Shown: positions 1 through 11,977 of the stretch, in pieces | Position numbering within the stretch: the first letter of the stretch is position 1 | Layout of the letters: each line of letters opens with the position of its first letter | Origin: Octopus sinensis | Taxonomy: Eukaryota | Assembly: GCF_006345805.1 (NCBI RefSeq) | Contig: NC_043000.1 | Span: forward strand, 73,222,001 to 73,286,000 | DNA: 64,000 nucleotides | Direction of reading: 5' to 3' | Notes under the pieces: generated by a model | Database searches by the model: none | The model's input: the letters and a program-made list of their open reading frames with translations, nothing else | What the model was told of the DNA's origin: nothing | Position numbers and translations under genes: made by a program

Positions 1-252
1 GAAAACTCACATTCTGGTGTGTGTGTCAAATGCTTTTCTTAGTCTGGTTTACACCACACGCAAACGCACACACACAGTGGGCAACGAATAAAATGAAAGT
101 AAATAGCGACAGAGAGATTTGAGGAAGACTAAAGTGAAAGTATTCTGTCCATGACGCTGATAGATACATGAGTAAAATGTATGGGAAGCTAAGAGCTAAG
201 AGTGAGTGAAAATGTTCTTGGAAGAGAGTAATTAGTAATAAAGTAAACATAC

Positions 253-278
253 ACTCATACATACATACATACATACAT

Positions 279-309
<31 letters not shown>

Positions 310-339
310 TACACACACACACATACATACATACACACA

Positions 340-371
<32 letters not shown>

Positions 372-410
372 CATACATACATACACACACACACATACAC
401 ACACACACAG
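253..410. repeat. (TACA)n/(CA)n microsatellite
   Basis: Direct tandem TACA/CA units. Confidence 0.95.
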
Positions 411-569
411 TATTGAAGCTTGAGAACAATCAGATACATTTGCAACACATCTGTTGAAAATATTATTGTTCACACACATACACATACATATATACATACA
501 GACAGATAGACACACACACACATGATCCAGCATGGCCACAACCTCAAGGCTGAAACATATAAAAGAATA

Positions 570-935
570 ACAGAATATAAATGTGTGCAAAGTACAAGAA
601 ATATTAATGCAGTATATGGGGATTGGACAATAAGCGTAAGGCAGTGTCAATGGTGGTTCCAGAAATCCCGAGCCATAAACTACAGCCTAGAAGACGAGCC
701 TCATCCTGAAAGATCTGTAGAACTCGACAAGGACATCCTGAAAACCCTGGTGGAACAAAATATCATCGTAACTGTTGAGGAACTAGCAGAGAAGCTTGGA
801 TTTGGTCATTCAACCATTCATTGATACCTGTGTGCTATCGGAAAAGACAGCAAATTGGGTCAATGGGTTCCTCACGAACTTTCCGAGTCTAATTGCATGC
901 AGAGAGTGAATGTATGCTTTTCTTTGCTGTCATAT
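570..935 (+). pseudogene. mariner-family transposase fragment (N-terminal HTH region), interrupted
   Basis: ORF 522-824 reads STRNINAVYGD..ISVRQCQWWFQK...SLEDEP...TVEELAEKLG; after a stop it continues with KLGQWVPHELS, the mariner WVPHEL motif. Confidence 0.85.
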
Positions 936-959
936 CTCACCACTACTGCGCTATGTATA

Positions 960-1584
960 TCTATATATATAAAACTGTAGTTGTGTGAGTGTCTGTCCCC
1001 TTCGATTTAGATTCCTAACTACTCCCACATTTTGCGGTACAGTTTAACCAAATTTGGGTAGCTTATAGTCGTGATTCATATCGAGCCCGTCTGAATATTA
1101 GCGCGCGTCTACGATGAGTCTACGATTTTAAAAATAATTTAACATCATTTTTTATTCCATTTTAATGCATAAATTTTCGTGTGTCGATGGCGGCGGAGTT
1201 GGCGTCCACGCTCACACCTGCACCTGTGGGGAAGGGAGTGTAAGGAAATCAACGTCGTAATGCGTTGTCAAGGAGACCAGTGTTCTTTTAGAACAACGAC
1301 TTCATGGCTTGAAGACACCAAAACAGAAATGGCTAAGAAAGCGTCTACATGAGTCTACGATTTAAAAAAAAATTTACCATCGTTTTTTTTCCATTTTAAT
1401 GCATTTTTTCGCTATTATATAAGGGAAGTAACTCTCTAAAAATGTCTACGATGAGTCAACGATTTTTAAAAAAATTTACCATCATATTTTTTCCATTTTT
1501 TGCTATTTTTTGGCTATAACTCTCTAAAAATGCTTATATAGTTATTTCCCTTACAAACCCGAGCAACGCCGGGCGATACTGCTA

Positions 1585-1585
<1 letters not shown>
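960..1585 (+). mobile_element. Non-autonomous Helitron
   Basis: Starts TCTATATATATAAAA after an A and ends CTAG before a T. A GC hairpin (cccgagcaacgccggg) lies about 10 bp upstream of the CTAG. Internal sub-repeats of gtctacgatgagtctacgatt...catttt occur near 1107, 1345 and 1444. Confidence 0.75.
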
Positions 1586-1622
<37 letters not shown>

Positions 1623-2015
1623 AAGTTTATATGTATGTATCCGTCTATATAATAGGTAACTGCACGTACATATACTTAATATTTATTATTTATTTTTTGA
1701 GTATGCATGTACGAATAACTGCGCGTATATATATTTTACTATTTACTTATTTTTTGAGTATGCATGCAAGTATGAATATAAGGAGGCGCGTGTGTGTGTG
1801 TGTGTGTGTATGTGTAAGCATAGATATATGTATACTTTTACGCATGTGTGTACTTATGTGTATATATGGATGCGCGCATGTATGTGTGTGTGTATGGGTA
1901 CGCATGTACATGTGTATGTGCGTGTAGTGTATATATATGTATATGTGTGTGTATGCGTATGTGTGTGTATATATATGTATGTATGTATGTGTGTGTGTAT
2001 ATATATGTGAATATG

Positions 2016-2096
<81 letters not shown>

Positions 2097-2890
2097 ATTT
2101 GTATGTAGGTGTATATGTATGTGTGTGTATTTATATTTATTGGTGTATATATATAGACTAGCCTTCTAAGAATGTAGACATGAATCTGTAGGTACGCGTA
2201 CGTATGTGTATATACGTGAATGTATGTAGATGTATGTATGTATGAATATAACGCGTGCGTGCGTGTATGTGTATGAGTGTACGAATGAGTGAGTGTACGT
2301 GCTAAAGAGTGTGCGTGAGTGAATGAGTGCTTGTTTTCCAGTAGACAGATAAATGGACTGGCTGTCATAGCCAAGATGTTTGTGACCAAGCGGCCTAAGA
2401 TAACAAAAGTAATAAACGAAGATAATAAAATTAAAATTAGGGAATGGGTCTGTATTTGTATGTGTATATATATGTGTGTATGTGTAGGTATGCATAGGTA
2501 CACATATGTGTGTGTGTATATATATATATGTATACATGTATGTATATGTATGTATGTGTGTGTATATGTGTGTGTATGTGTATATATGTGTATATAGGGA
2601 CTAGTGTGCTGTGTGTGCATGTGTGTGTCTGGATATGTGTGTGTATGCGTGTATGTGAGTATGTGTGTGTATGTGTATATATATTTTTCTGTGCGTATAT
2701 GTATGTGTGGTCGTGTGTGTATACGTGTATGCATGTGAGTGTGTGTATGTATACATATATGTGTATGTGTAGATATGTATATGTATGTGTATGTGTATAT
2801 ATATGTATATATATGTGTGTGTATGTATGTGTGTATGTATATGTATATATGTTTGTATGTGTGTGTATGTATGTATACATGTGTGCATAG
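1586..2890. repeat. Compound (TA)n/(TG)n/(TATG)n microsatellite field
   Basis: Direct reading; this field produces the many spurious VCVC/YIYI/THTH ORFs. Confidence 0.95.
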
Positions 2891-3191
2891 GTATAAGTGA
2901 GAATCTCCTTATTTACCTAAAACTCTATTCCCCTTTTTTTTATATATAGATTTTTTTATTTTTTTATTTTTTTATTTTTTTATTTATTCTTCTATCTAAT
3001 TTAACACTGACTCCTTGACCACTCCCCCAAGTATGATATTTTGAGCTATGCCTACCCCCAAAAAGTCCCCCACCAACACCCCTTTAAACCTGCCTAAATG
3101 TATAAATGCCAATACAATTCTTGTTAACTAGCTTCCTGAAGATTTCTCTTGAATGAAACAGTTCTAGTCCTGTAGAAGCTCCTTCTATATA

Positions 3192-3261
<70 letters not shown>

Positions 3262-4097
3262 ATATATATATTTATACATGTGTGGGCTTGTAGATTCGGG
3301 GAATGTATAGGTATGTGGATATGTACATATGTGTGCATGTATATGTACGTATACTTGTATGTATATATGCGTTAGGTATGTATGTATATATATAAATCTA
3401 GGGTAAAATTACAGATTAACACCCGCACGATTTTCACTAAGAAAAAAAAAAAAAAACTCGGATTTTTTGCGTGGAATCAAGTACCCTGATCTCCTAATAT
3501 GCTGCAAATCCCATATTTTGGTCCGGAATTGCTCCGGAAGGGGGGGGGGTAACCCCCCCCTCGGAATTTTCACAAGGAAAAAAAAAAACCCTCAGATTTC
3601 TTGCGTGGAATCAAGTACCCTGACCTCCTAATATGCTGCAAATCCCATATTTTGGTCCGGAAAGGGGGAGTAACCCCACCCCCGGAATTTTCACATGGAA
3701 AAAAAAAATCAGATTTTTTGCGTGGAATCAAGTAACCTGACCTCAAAAACAAAAAAAAAAACAATTTTTTAGATACCTTTCTGCTTTTTAAGACAATAAA
3801 GTGTTATTGGAGGGAAATCTGGCTGCTATTTCTAGCTGCCTGAATGACAACATAGCGATTTACCGATAAATGAATTAATTACTATTTTACAGAATAAAAT
3901 TAATGAATTAATTATATAAATTAAATAATTCTTGAAAATTAATTAATATTAATAATATTTTTTGAACAAAGTAAATAATTTATAAAACTTAAATAATAAT
4001 TTTTTTTACACAAACGCGAACGTATATAATTTGTGAAACTTTTTTTTTTTTACAGACGTATATAATTTGGTAAACTTAATGAATTAATTTCTTCTCA

Positions 4098-4487
4098 TCA
4101 TCATCATCGTTTAACGTCCGTTCTCCATGCCAGCATGGGTTGGACGGTTCGACCGGGGATCTGGGAAGCCAGAAGGCTGCACCAGACTCCAGTCTTATCT
4201 GGCAATGTTTCTACAGCTGGATGCCCTTCCTAACGCCAACCACTCCGAGAGTGTAGTGGGTGCTTTTTACATGCCACCCGCACAGGTGCCAGTCGAGGCA
4301 GCTCTGGCATCGGCCACGATTCGGATAGTGCTTTTTACGTACCACCAGTCCAGGGGTCCTGGCATCTGCCGGGTGCCACACTTGCCCCAACATGTCTTCG
4401 CAAGCAAAGGGGGTTGGCATGGGTGCCTGTCGTCGGATGAGGTTCGATATCAACTTCGCTTGCCTCAACAGGACTTTGTGTATTAAA
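4098..4487 (-). mobile_element. 5'-truncated RTE-LINE 3' UTR / SINE-like copy with (GAT)n tail, in the left arm of E1
   Basis: Reads catcatcatcgtttaacgtcc...ggatgcccttcctaacgccaaccactccgagagtgtagtggg; the same sequence follows an RTE ORF end at 41120-42237. Confidence 0.8.
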
Positions 4488-4977
4488 TGTATAAATTTTT
4501 CGCACTAAATTCTTTCCGTAGAATTTATCAAAAAACGCACAAAATTATTCCATAGAATTTATCAAATTAAAAAACGCAACATTTATATATTTTTTGAAAT
4601 TGCAAATTATTTAGAATATAAAACAAATGAAGTTAAATTTTAAAAATAAATGTCATATACTTATACTCTGTAAGGTGCTGTGTTCACACTTCAATTTACT
4701 ATTTTCTAGAAATGTTGCTTTTCTTATTGAAACCATTTTTCTCAATCTCCATTTAAAAGTCCATCATGTCTCTTGAGCCATATCAAAATGAACAACTTTG
4801 AATTACGCGGCGGCGGTGGTGGTGGTGGTGTGAGGTTCTAATTTTTTTTTCTGATCTCTCTTTGCCCCCCTAGATGGAGGTGTGGTGGGGAGACAGATGA
4901 AAGATGTCTCATTCTCTACTATATATGTATATATATATATATATATATATAATGAACCATTTCTTAAACCTACAAAA

Positions 4978-5438
4978 TATATATATATTTTGCAATACTT
5001 TTTTCGTTCGGCGTCAACAGCCCTTCTTATCTTGTTTTTCCCTGTCCTGTCTTTTACTGTTTATATTTTTGTACTGTCGTTACTGTCCTGTTTTTTTACC
5101 ATTTTTTACGCCTCTGCGAAAAGATCTCAGAATTTTAATTGATTTGCTTTTCGCAGGAAGGAAAGTTTCTTGTCGAAGATACGTCTCGCTTTTATCCATC
5201 GAAACGTAGAGTAGATGAAACCATAGCGACTGAAGAAGGGGTTTTTTCTTTGTGTTAATTGTCCTGTACTCCATTTTTTGTTGTTTTTAAAAAAATGTCC
5301 AGTTCCTTTGGTTTGTGTCTATGTTTTCGTTTCTCTTTGTGTTCGACGTCCCTTTGGTGTCCTGTACTCATATATGTACATGTAGAGGTAGGTACGTACA
5401 TATATGTTTATATATATGCATATGTTTTATTTCATTTA

Positions 5439-5484
<46 letters not shown>

Positions 5485-5660
5485 TGTATATATATATATA
5501 TATACACATGTTCCCTCATGCACATACATATATACGCACACATTCACCCACTAAACATACATATATGGCCATATGTGGATGCAGACACAGAGATATATAA
5601 GATATATAGATAGCTGTACCTACATATAAGCATACATATACACCCATGTATCCATGTGTC
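4978..5660. repeat. ~680-bp direct repeat, copy 1 (inside the E1 spacer)
   Basis: tattttgcaatac...gttcggcgtcaacagccc...cacccatgta is near-identical to 7556-8256. Confidence 0.9.
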
Positions 5661-6012
5661 TATAAATTTGGGATGTTTTTGAAAGATAATATAATGGACT
5701 TTTAAATGGAGATTGAGAAAAATGGTTTCAATAAGAAAAGCAACATTTCTAGAAAATAGTAAATTGAAGTGTGAACACAGCACCTTACAGAGTATAAGTA
5801 TATGACATTTATTTTTAAAATTTAACTTCATTTGTTTTATATTCTAAATAATTTGCAATTTCAAAAAATATATAAATGTTGCGTTTTTTAATTTGATAAA
5901 TTCTACGGAATAATTTTGTGCGTTTTTTGATAAATTCTACGGAATAATTTTGTGCGTTTTTTGATAAATTCTACGGAAAGAATTTAGTGCGAAAAATTTA
6001 TACATTTATACA

Positions 6013-6432
6013 CAAAGACCTGTTGAGGCAAGCGAAGTTGATATCGAACCTCATCCGACGACAGGCACCCATGCCAACCCCCTTTGCTTGCAAAGACATG
6101 TTGGGGCAAGTGTGGCACCCGGCAGATGCCAGGACCCCTGGACTGGTGGTACGTAAAAAGCACTATCCGAATCGTGGCCGATGCCAGAGCCGCCTCGACT
6201 GGCACCAATCCGACCGTGGCCGTTGCCAGCCTCGCCTGGCACCTGTGCGGGTGGCATGTAAAAAGCACCCACTACACTCTCGGAGTGGTTGGCGTTAGGA
6301 AGGGCATCCAGCTGTAGAAACATTGCCAGATAAGACTGGAGTCTGGTGCAGCCTTCTGGCTTCCCAGATCCCCGGTCGAACCGTCCAACCCATGCTGGCA
6401 TGGAGAACGGACGTTAAACGATGATGATGATG
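6013..6432 (+). mobile_element. Mirror copy of the RTE 3' UTR insertion, in the right arm of E1
   Basis: Reverse complement of 4098-4487 with the same flanks, plus one extra internal repeat unit. Confidence 0.8.
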
Positions 6433-7534
6433 AGAAGAAATTAATTCATTAAGTTTACCAAATTATATACGTCTGTAAAAAAAAAAAGTTTCACAAATTA
6501 TATACGTTCGCGTTTGTGTAAAAAAAATTATTATTTAAGTTTTATAAATTATTTACTTTGTTCAAAAAATATTATTAATATTAATTAATTTTCAAGAATT
6601 ATTTAATTTATATAATTAATTCATTAATTTTATTCTGTAAAATAGTAATTAATTCATTTATCGGTAAATCGCTATGTTGTCATTCAGGCAGCTAGAAATA
6701 GCAGCCAGATTTCCCTCCAATAACACTTTATTGTCTTAAAAAGCAGAAAGGTATCTAAAAAATTGTTTTTTTTTTTTGTTTTTGAGGTCAGGTTACTTGA
6801 TTCCACGCAAAAAATCTGATTTTTTTTTTCCATGTGAAAATTCCGGGGGGGGGGGTCACCCCCCCTTTCCGGACCAAAATATGGGATTTGCAACATATTA
6901 GGAGGTCAGGGTACTTGATTCCACGCAAAAAATCCGAGTTTTTTTTTTTTTTTCTTAGTGAAAATCGTGTGGGTGTTAATCTGTAATTTTACCAAATCTA
7001 GAAATGCTATTTTTGATCAAGCGACATCGAAAAATATAAAAGCCAATCAGCATATCCACATTTATATAGACAAGTGAATTCGTGTTTCCCTCCAGAATTT
7101 TACCACGTGAGTCACAAAATAGTACTGCCGAAAAAAGATTCGTAGTTTTGTCGTAGGGGAGTAAAAATAGTCATTTATAGGGAATATTATGTCGATAAAG
7201 GAAATGAGTCTTACGATTCTAATCCAGAAACGTACGTCCATAATTAACCGAAGACTGTGTGATTTCATTATTTTTCTTCTTTTTTTGCCATATGTGAGTT
7301 ATAAATATTGTTGTCTGTGGAGACTTATCTTTGTAGTAAAAGGAAATAGTAGTTTTTTGGCTGCTATTTCTAAAATTTTTGGTATGTGGTTTAAGCAACT
7401 TGTTGCAAAAATCCCTTATTATTATAATTATGTAAATTTTTACCGAATATGGTCCTTTTCCATACCGAAATACTACTAGGTGAAATTTGTTGATTTTATT
7501 TAATTAATTATATTTCGCCCTATATCTGTAATGA

Positions 7535-7555
<21 letters not shown>

Positions 7556-7576
<21 letters not shown>

Positions 7577-8022
7577 ACTTTTTTCGTTCGGCGTCAACAG
7601 CCCTTCTTATCTTGTTTTTCCCTGTCCTGTCTTTTACTGTTTAGATTTTTGTACTGTCGTTACTGTCCTGTTTTTTTTACCATTTTTTACCCCTCTGCGA
7701 AAAGATCTCAGAATTTTAATTGATTTGCTTTTCGCAGGAAGGAAAGTTTCTTGTCGAAGATACGTCTCGCTTTTATCCTTCGAAACGTAGAGTAGATGAA
7801 ACCATAGCGACTGAAGAAGGGGTTTTTTCTTTGTGTTAATTGTCCTGTACTCCATTTTTTGTTGTTTTTAAAAAAATGTCCAGTTCCTTTGGTTTGTGTC
7901 TATGTTTTCGTTTATCTTTGTGTTCGACGTCCCTTTGGTGTCCTGTACTCATATATGTACATGTAGAGGTAGGTACGTACATATATGTTTATATATATGC
8001 ATATGTTTTATTTCATTTATTA

Positions 8023-8104
<82 letters not shown>

Positions 8105-8256
8105 GTTCCCTCATGCACATACATATATACGCACACATTCACCCACTAAACATACATATATGGCCATATGTGGATGCAGACACAGAGATATATAAGATAT
8201 GTAGATAGCTGTACCTACATATAAGCATACATATACACCCATGTACATGTGTGTCT
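7556..8256. repeat. ~690-bp direct repeat, copy 2 (between E1 and E2)
   Basis: Near-identical to 4978-5660; differs mainly in microsatellite lengths. Confidence 0.9.
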
Positions 8257-9323
8257 CAGTATACATACACAGACACACGCTCATATCTACAGATATATAC
8301 TCACACATACAGAGATTGGTTAATATAGGGCGTAACAAATATCAGAAAATCAAAAAAAAAATGTGTGTAATAGGTGTAAAACAACTTCCTATGAACGAAT
8401 ATGAAAAAAAAAATTCGCGCACGCGAAAGGGGGTGGGGGAGAGGCCTCGGAAAATTCACATCGGGAAGTTCCGAAAGCGTCTGAGGGGCTGACCCGGGCA
8501 CCAAAACAAAAAAAAAATAGTGTAATATGTGTAAAACAACTTGCTCTAAACGAATATGACAAAAAAAAATGCGCTCTCGCGAAAGAGGGGTGGGGGAGAG
8601 GCCTCGGAATATTTATATCGGGAATTTCCGAAAGCGTCTGAACCGGGCACAAAAACAAAAACAAAAACAGCGTAATAGGTGTAAAACAATTTGCTCTAAA
8701 CGACTATCATGAAAAAAATGCGCGCTCGCGAAAGGGGGGTGGGGGAGAGGCTTCGGAAATTTCACATCTTCAGTCCACGGCCTTTAAACTAAGAAAAAAT
8801 AGTGTAATTGGTGTAAAACTACTTGTTCTAAACGAGTATCAAGAACACACACTCACACATGAATCATAAACTCCGTATTTCGCAAAAAAAAAAAAAATAA
8901 AGAGAAGAAATTCTGGAAAAAGTGAAGAAATGTTGGATCTCCGCCATGTGAATCAAAATACGTGTCAGAAACATCTTGAAATACTACAGAAATTATGTTA
9001 CGAAAATGATAATGTATACATACCTCTTTGAGTGGTCCATCGATAATGATGATAAAGAAATGAGTTGGATTTGAACTCAGAATATTGACTAACACAACTA
9101 CATACTACAAGACTCAAAATATTCAGCCAAGTCACCACCCTTTAACTAGCAATAATAATAACATCAATAACATAACAGCCAAAAGATTTATTTGTTCTGA
9201 AAATAACAATCATAGTAAATAAATATGTTCTTTAATATTCACATTCATGTGCACAGTTAAACACACTTACATACAAACAGTCACGCATGCATAATACAGA
9301 ACGGAACACATAAATGAAGGATG

Positions 9324-9740
9324 TGTAACGTGAAAGGATCTATCATCGAAGCACTGGTAGGGTGTCGAGATCCTTTCTAGTCACATACAAAATTCTTGCA
9401 GAAAACAAACAGACGAGACTCAGGTTAAAGGTGAACAGACAACTTGGTTTATTGATTCATGGTTGTACGTTGTCTGATGGGGGAATAGACAGCCTCTGAT
9501 ATACTGCTGGTGTTGGTCGTTGAGGTTGGTTGAAGTTGGTTGAAGCTGGTGTGTGGCTGTCAGAGCCAGGAAAACCGTGACCGATCGCAGTGCTGTCTTG
9601 AGCCGAAGAGAGAGATTTGAGGTTCGCGGGCTCGAGAGATGTTTTCCCGCACATGCGCATGGGGAAGACTTCCGGTGGCCACCCGGAAGTAGTCCCATTC
9701 TGCGCATGCGCGCCGAACCCTACACAGTAGCATTACTACA
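9324..9740 (-). mobile_element. 3' LTR of Ty3/Gypsy element 1
   Basis: Minus strand reads TGTAGTAATG...CACGTTACA. It starts exactly where the two E2 left copies diverge (after aaatgaaggatg) and is preceded by a polypurine tract. Confidence 0.85.
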
Positions 9741-9752
9741 GGGCTCCCCTCC
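9741..9752 (-). other. Polypurine tract (GGAGGGGAGCCC) of Gypsy element 1
   Basis: Directly abuts the TG start of the 3' LTR on the minus strand. Confidence 0.75.
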
Positions 9753-9869
9753 GAGTGCGAAGTACGGCAACCAGAATATTGTGGTGGTGCTGCAGAAAAC
9801 AGAAGGCTTGCCGATCCCCCAGAAGACTTGGTACATACTATTATACAATAAGAAACATTTTAAAGAAAG

Positions 9870-11977
9870 TTAAATGTAAACTGTTTTTGAAAGTTTCTTG
9901 GGCCAATGCACTGTTCTGCCCGATTTTGTAACATACGGTGTGCTCGGGGCACCCGTTGACGGCGAGGGTGGTGTTGTAGGAGCCGGTGAAGGTGTTTGTG
10001 CAGGTGAAGGCGTTTGTGCAGGTGAAGGCGTTTGTGCAGGTGAAGGCGTTTGTGCAGGTGAAAGTGTTGTTAAAGGTGCATAGGTGGGTGTGTCAAGGTT
10101 GTCATCAAAAGATGAAGACGTCTCAAAATGTGCCTTTTTTAAACGGTCCACGGAAACGGTCTCCGAACGACCATTTATCTCAATCGTGAAAACCTTTGGT
10201 GTGCGAGAAAGCACACGAAAAGGTCCTTTATAGGGAGAAACAAGTGGGCCCTTCACAGAATCGTCCCGAACAAAAACATGCGACCAGGTGTTCATATCCG
10301 GTGGAAGATGGGACGGTGGAGATTGCTTTCTGGGAAGCATGGGCGGAAGGTTTGAAAAATTTCCCGCAGTCTGGTGACATAGGTCGCCGGATCATGGGGC
10401 GGGGAAGTGTCTGGCACCAACATCGTACCGGGCAATGCCAGTGTGGTACCATACAGCAGCTCTGCAGCAGAAAACCCCAGGTCTGCCTTGACAGCAGTCC
10501 GACAGCCGAGAAGCACAATGGGCAGAAATTCGATCCAGGACTGTGGGTCCGAAGAGGCACGAAGAGCGGCCTTGAGCTGTCTATGGAACCGCTCAACCAA
10601 TCCATTAGACGCTGGATGGTAGCTTGTGGTGTGGATATGGTGCATACCCAAAATTCGCGACAATTCGCGAAATAGCGAGGCCTCAAACTGTCGTCCACGA
10701 TCAGTTGTCAATCGGGACGGGACTCCGAAGCGAGAAATCCAGTTTGAAACGAAAGCTCGCGCAACAGTCTCAGCAGAAATGTCTGCTATCGGAATGGCTT
10801 CTGGCCAGCGGGAGAAACGATCGACACAAGTTAATAGATAAGAGAACCCGCGACTCACAGGCCATGGTCCAACCAGATCGATGTGGACATGGCGAAAACG
10901 GGCCTCCGTGGGGGGAAATTGTCCAAGCGGGGCACGAACGTGCCGTTGAATCTTGCATCGTTGACACTTGGAGCAGGTGCGTGTCCAAGAAGTAATTGTG
11001 CGACGCATATTCGGCCAGAAAAACCGAGCAGTGATTAGTTTGAGGGTGGCAGCGATGCCAGGATGTGATAAGGAGTGCAGTGCTTCAAACACTGAGCGTT
11101 GATGGGTCTCAGGCACCAGTGGCCTGGGAGATCCAGTTGAAGTGTCACAAAGAATGGTGCCTTCGGCTGACGGAAGCGGAAGGTAGGAAAACTGGCAACA
11201 GGAGAACTTGGGAGAAGTTAAATCTAACGACGCCAAAGGTGGCTGCTCCTGCGATATGGCAGCTAAGTCGATAGCAGCAGGAGACGAAAGGGCGCAAACT
11301 GGAAGGCGAGAGAGAGCGTCAGCAGGAACGTTCTCTTTTCCAGGTATGTGTCGAATGTTGCTAGTAAATTGAGAGATAAAATCCAGGTGCCGAAAAGCAC
11401 GGGGTGAGAGTTTGTCCGTTTTTGAAAACAGGGCAAACGTAAGGGGCTTGTGATCCGTATAGATCACAAAATCTCGCCCTTCAAGTTGATGCTGGAAATG
11501 ACGAACCGATAGATAGATCGCTAGGAGCTCACGATCAAAGGTGCTGTATCGTCGTTCAGCTGGTTGCAGTTGACGGGAAAAGAAGGCTAGAGGTCGAACA
11601 TGGTCATCCACTGTGTGTTGTAACACAGCGCCAATCGCAGTGTCCGATGCGTCCACAGTCAAAGAGAGAGAAGCACCAGGAACTGGATGTGCAAGCAAAG
11701 AAACAGAAGCCAGCTCCTTCTTAATGGACTCAAAGGCTGTCACTGCCTCAACAGAGAGGGTGACTTGACTGTCCTTTCTAGGAGAGTCCTTTAACAGCCT
11801 GGTGAGAGGTAGCAGCTTATCTGCACAACCGGGAATGAAGCGTCGGTAGAAATTGACCATCCCTAGATAATGCCTGAGCTGGCGCAAGGAAGTGGGGGGT
11901 GCGATGCGTTGAATGGCATCGACTTTTGACGAGAGGGGGCTGATTCCAGTCGAATCAATATGATGCCCTAGAAAATC
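9870..11977 (-). pseudogene. pol: Ty3/Gypsy pol 3' half (RT C-terminus, RNase H, integrase), 5'-truncated by the E2 TIR, with a frameshift near 10300
   Basis: RT end [12 protein letters not shown]; RNase [28 protein letters not shown]; integrase [31 protein letters not shown]. Confidence 0.92.
9985..10070. repeat. 18-bp tandem repeat (4 full units plus a partial) encoding (TPSPAQ)n in the integrase tail
   Basis: ggtgaaggygtttgtgca units. Confidence 0.9.

Larger units (their letters stand above)
3402..6993. mobile_element. Non-autonomous foldback-type DNA transposon E1 with ~1.3-kb TIRs (3402-4764 and 5694-6993) and 8-bp TSD AAATCTAG
   Basis: Left end GGTAAAATTACAGATTAACACCC and right end ...GGGTGTTAATCTGTAATTTTACC. 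AAATCTAG is present at 3394-3401 and 6994-7001. The arms are reverse complements along their length and contain ~130-bp sub-repeats. No transposase ORF. Confidence 0.9.

Noticed and set aside
2342-2408. Possible isolated exon (ttttccag|...|gtaata) with an open frame [22 protein letters not shown]
   Set aside because: No recognisable domain, no partner exons, and a weak donor.
3125-3175. CUGAAGA...GAAAC motif resembling a hammerhead
   Set aside because: Helix I does not pair and helix II closes with a U-U mismatch.
26-3338. Many ORFs up to 298 aa rich in VC/YI/TH
   Set aside because: They are translations of dinucleotide and tetranucleotide microsatellites, which lack stops in some frames.
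5195-5245. GAAACGUA...CUGAAGAAGGGG as a permuted (type II) hammerhead in the duplicated segment
   Set aside because: Helix I cannot be formed convincingly.
8340-8760. Regularly spaced ~120-bp repeats, superficially CRISPR-like
   Set aside because: The whole unit is repeated with no unique spacers, it forms part of a TIR, the context is eukaryotic, and there are no cas genes.
9898-10995. Plus-strand ORFs overlapping Gypsy 1 pol
   Set aside because: Antisense shadow ORFs of a GC-richer coding region.
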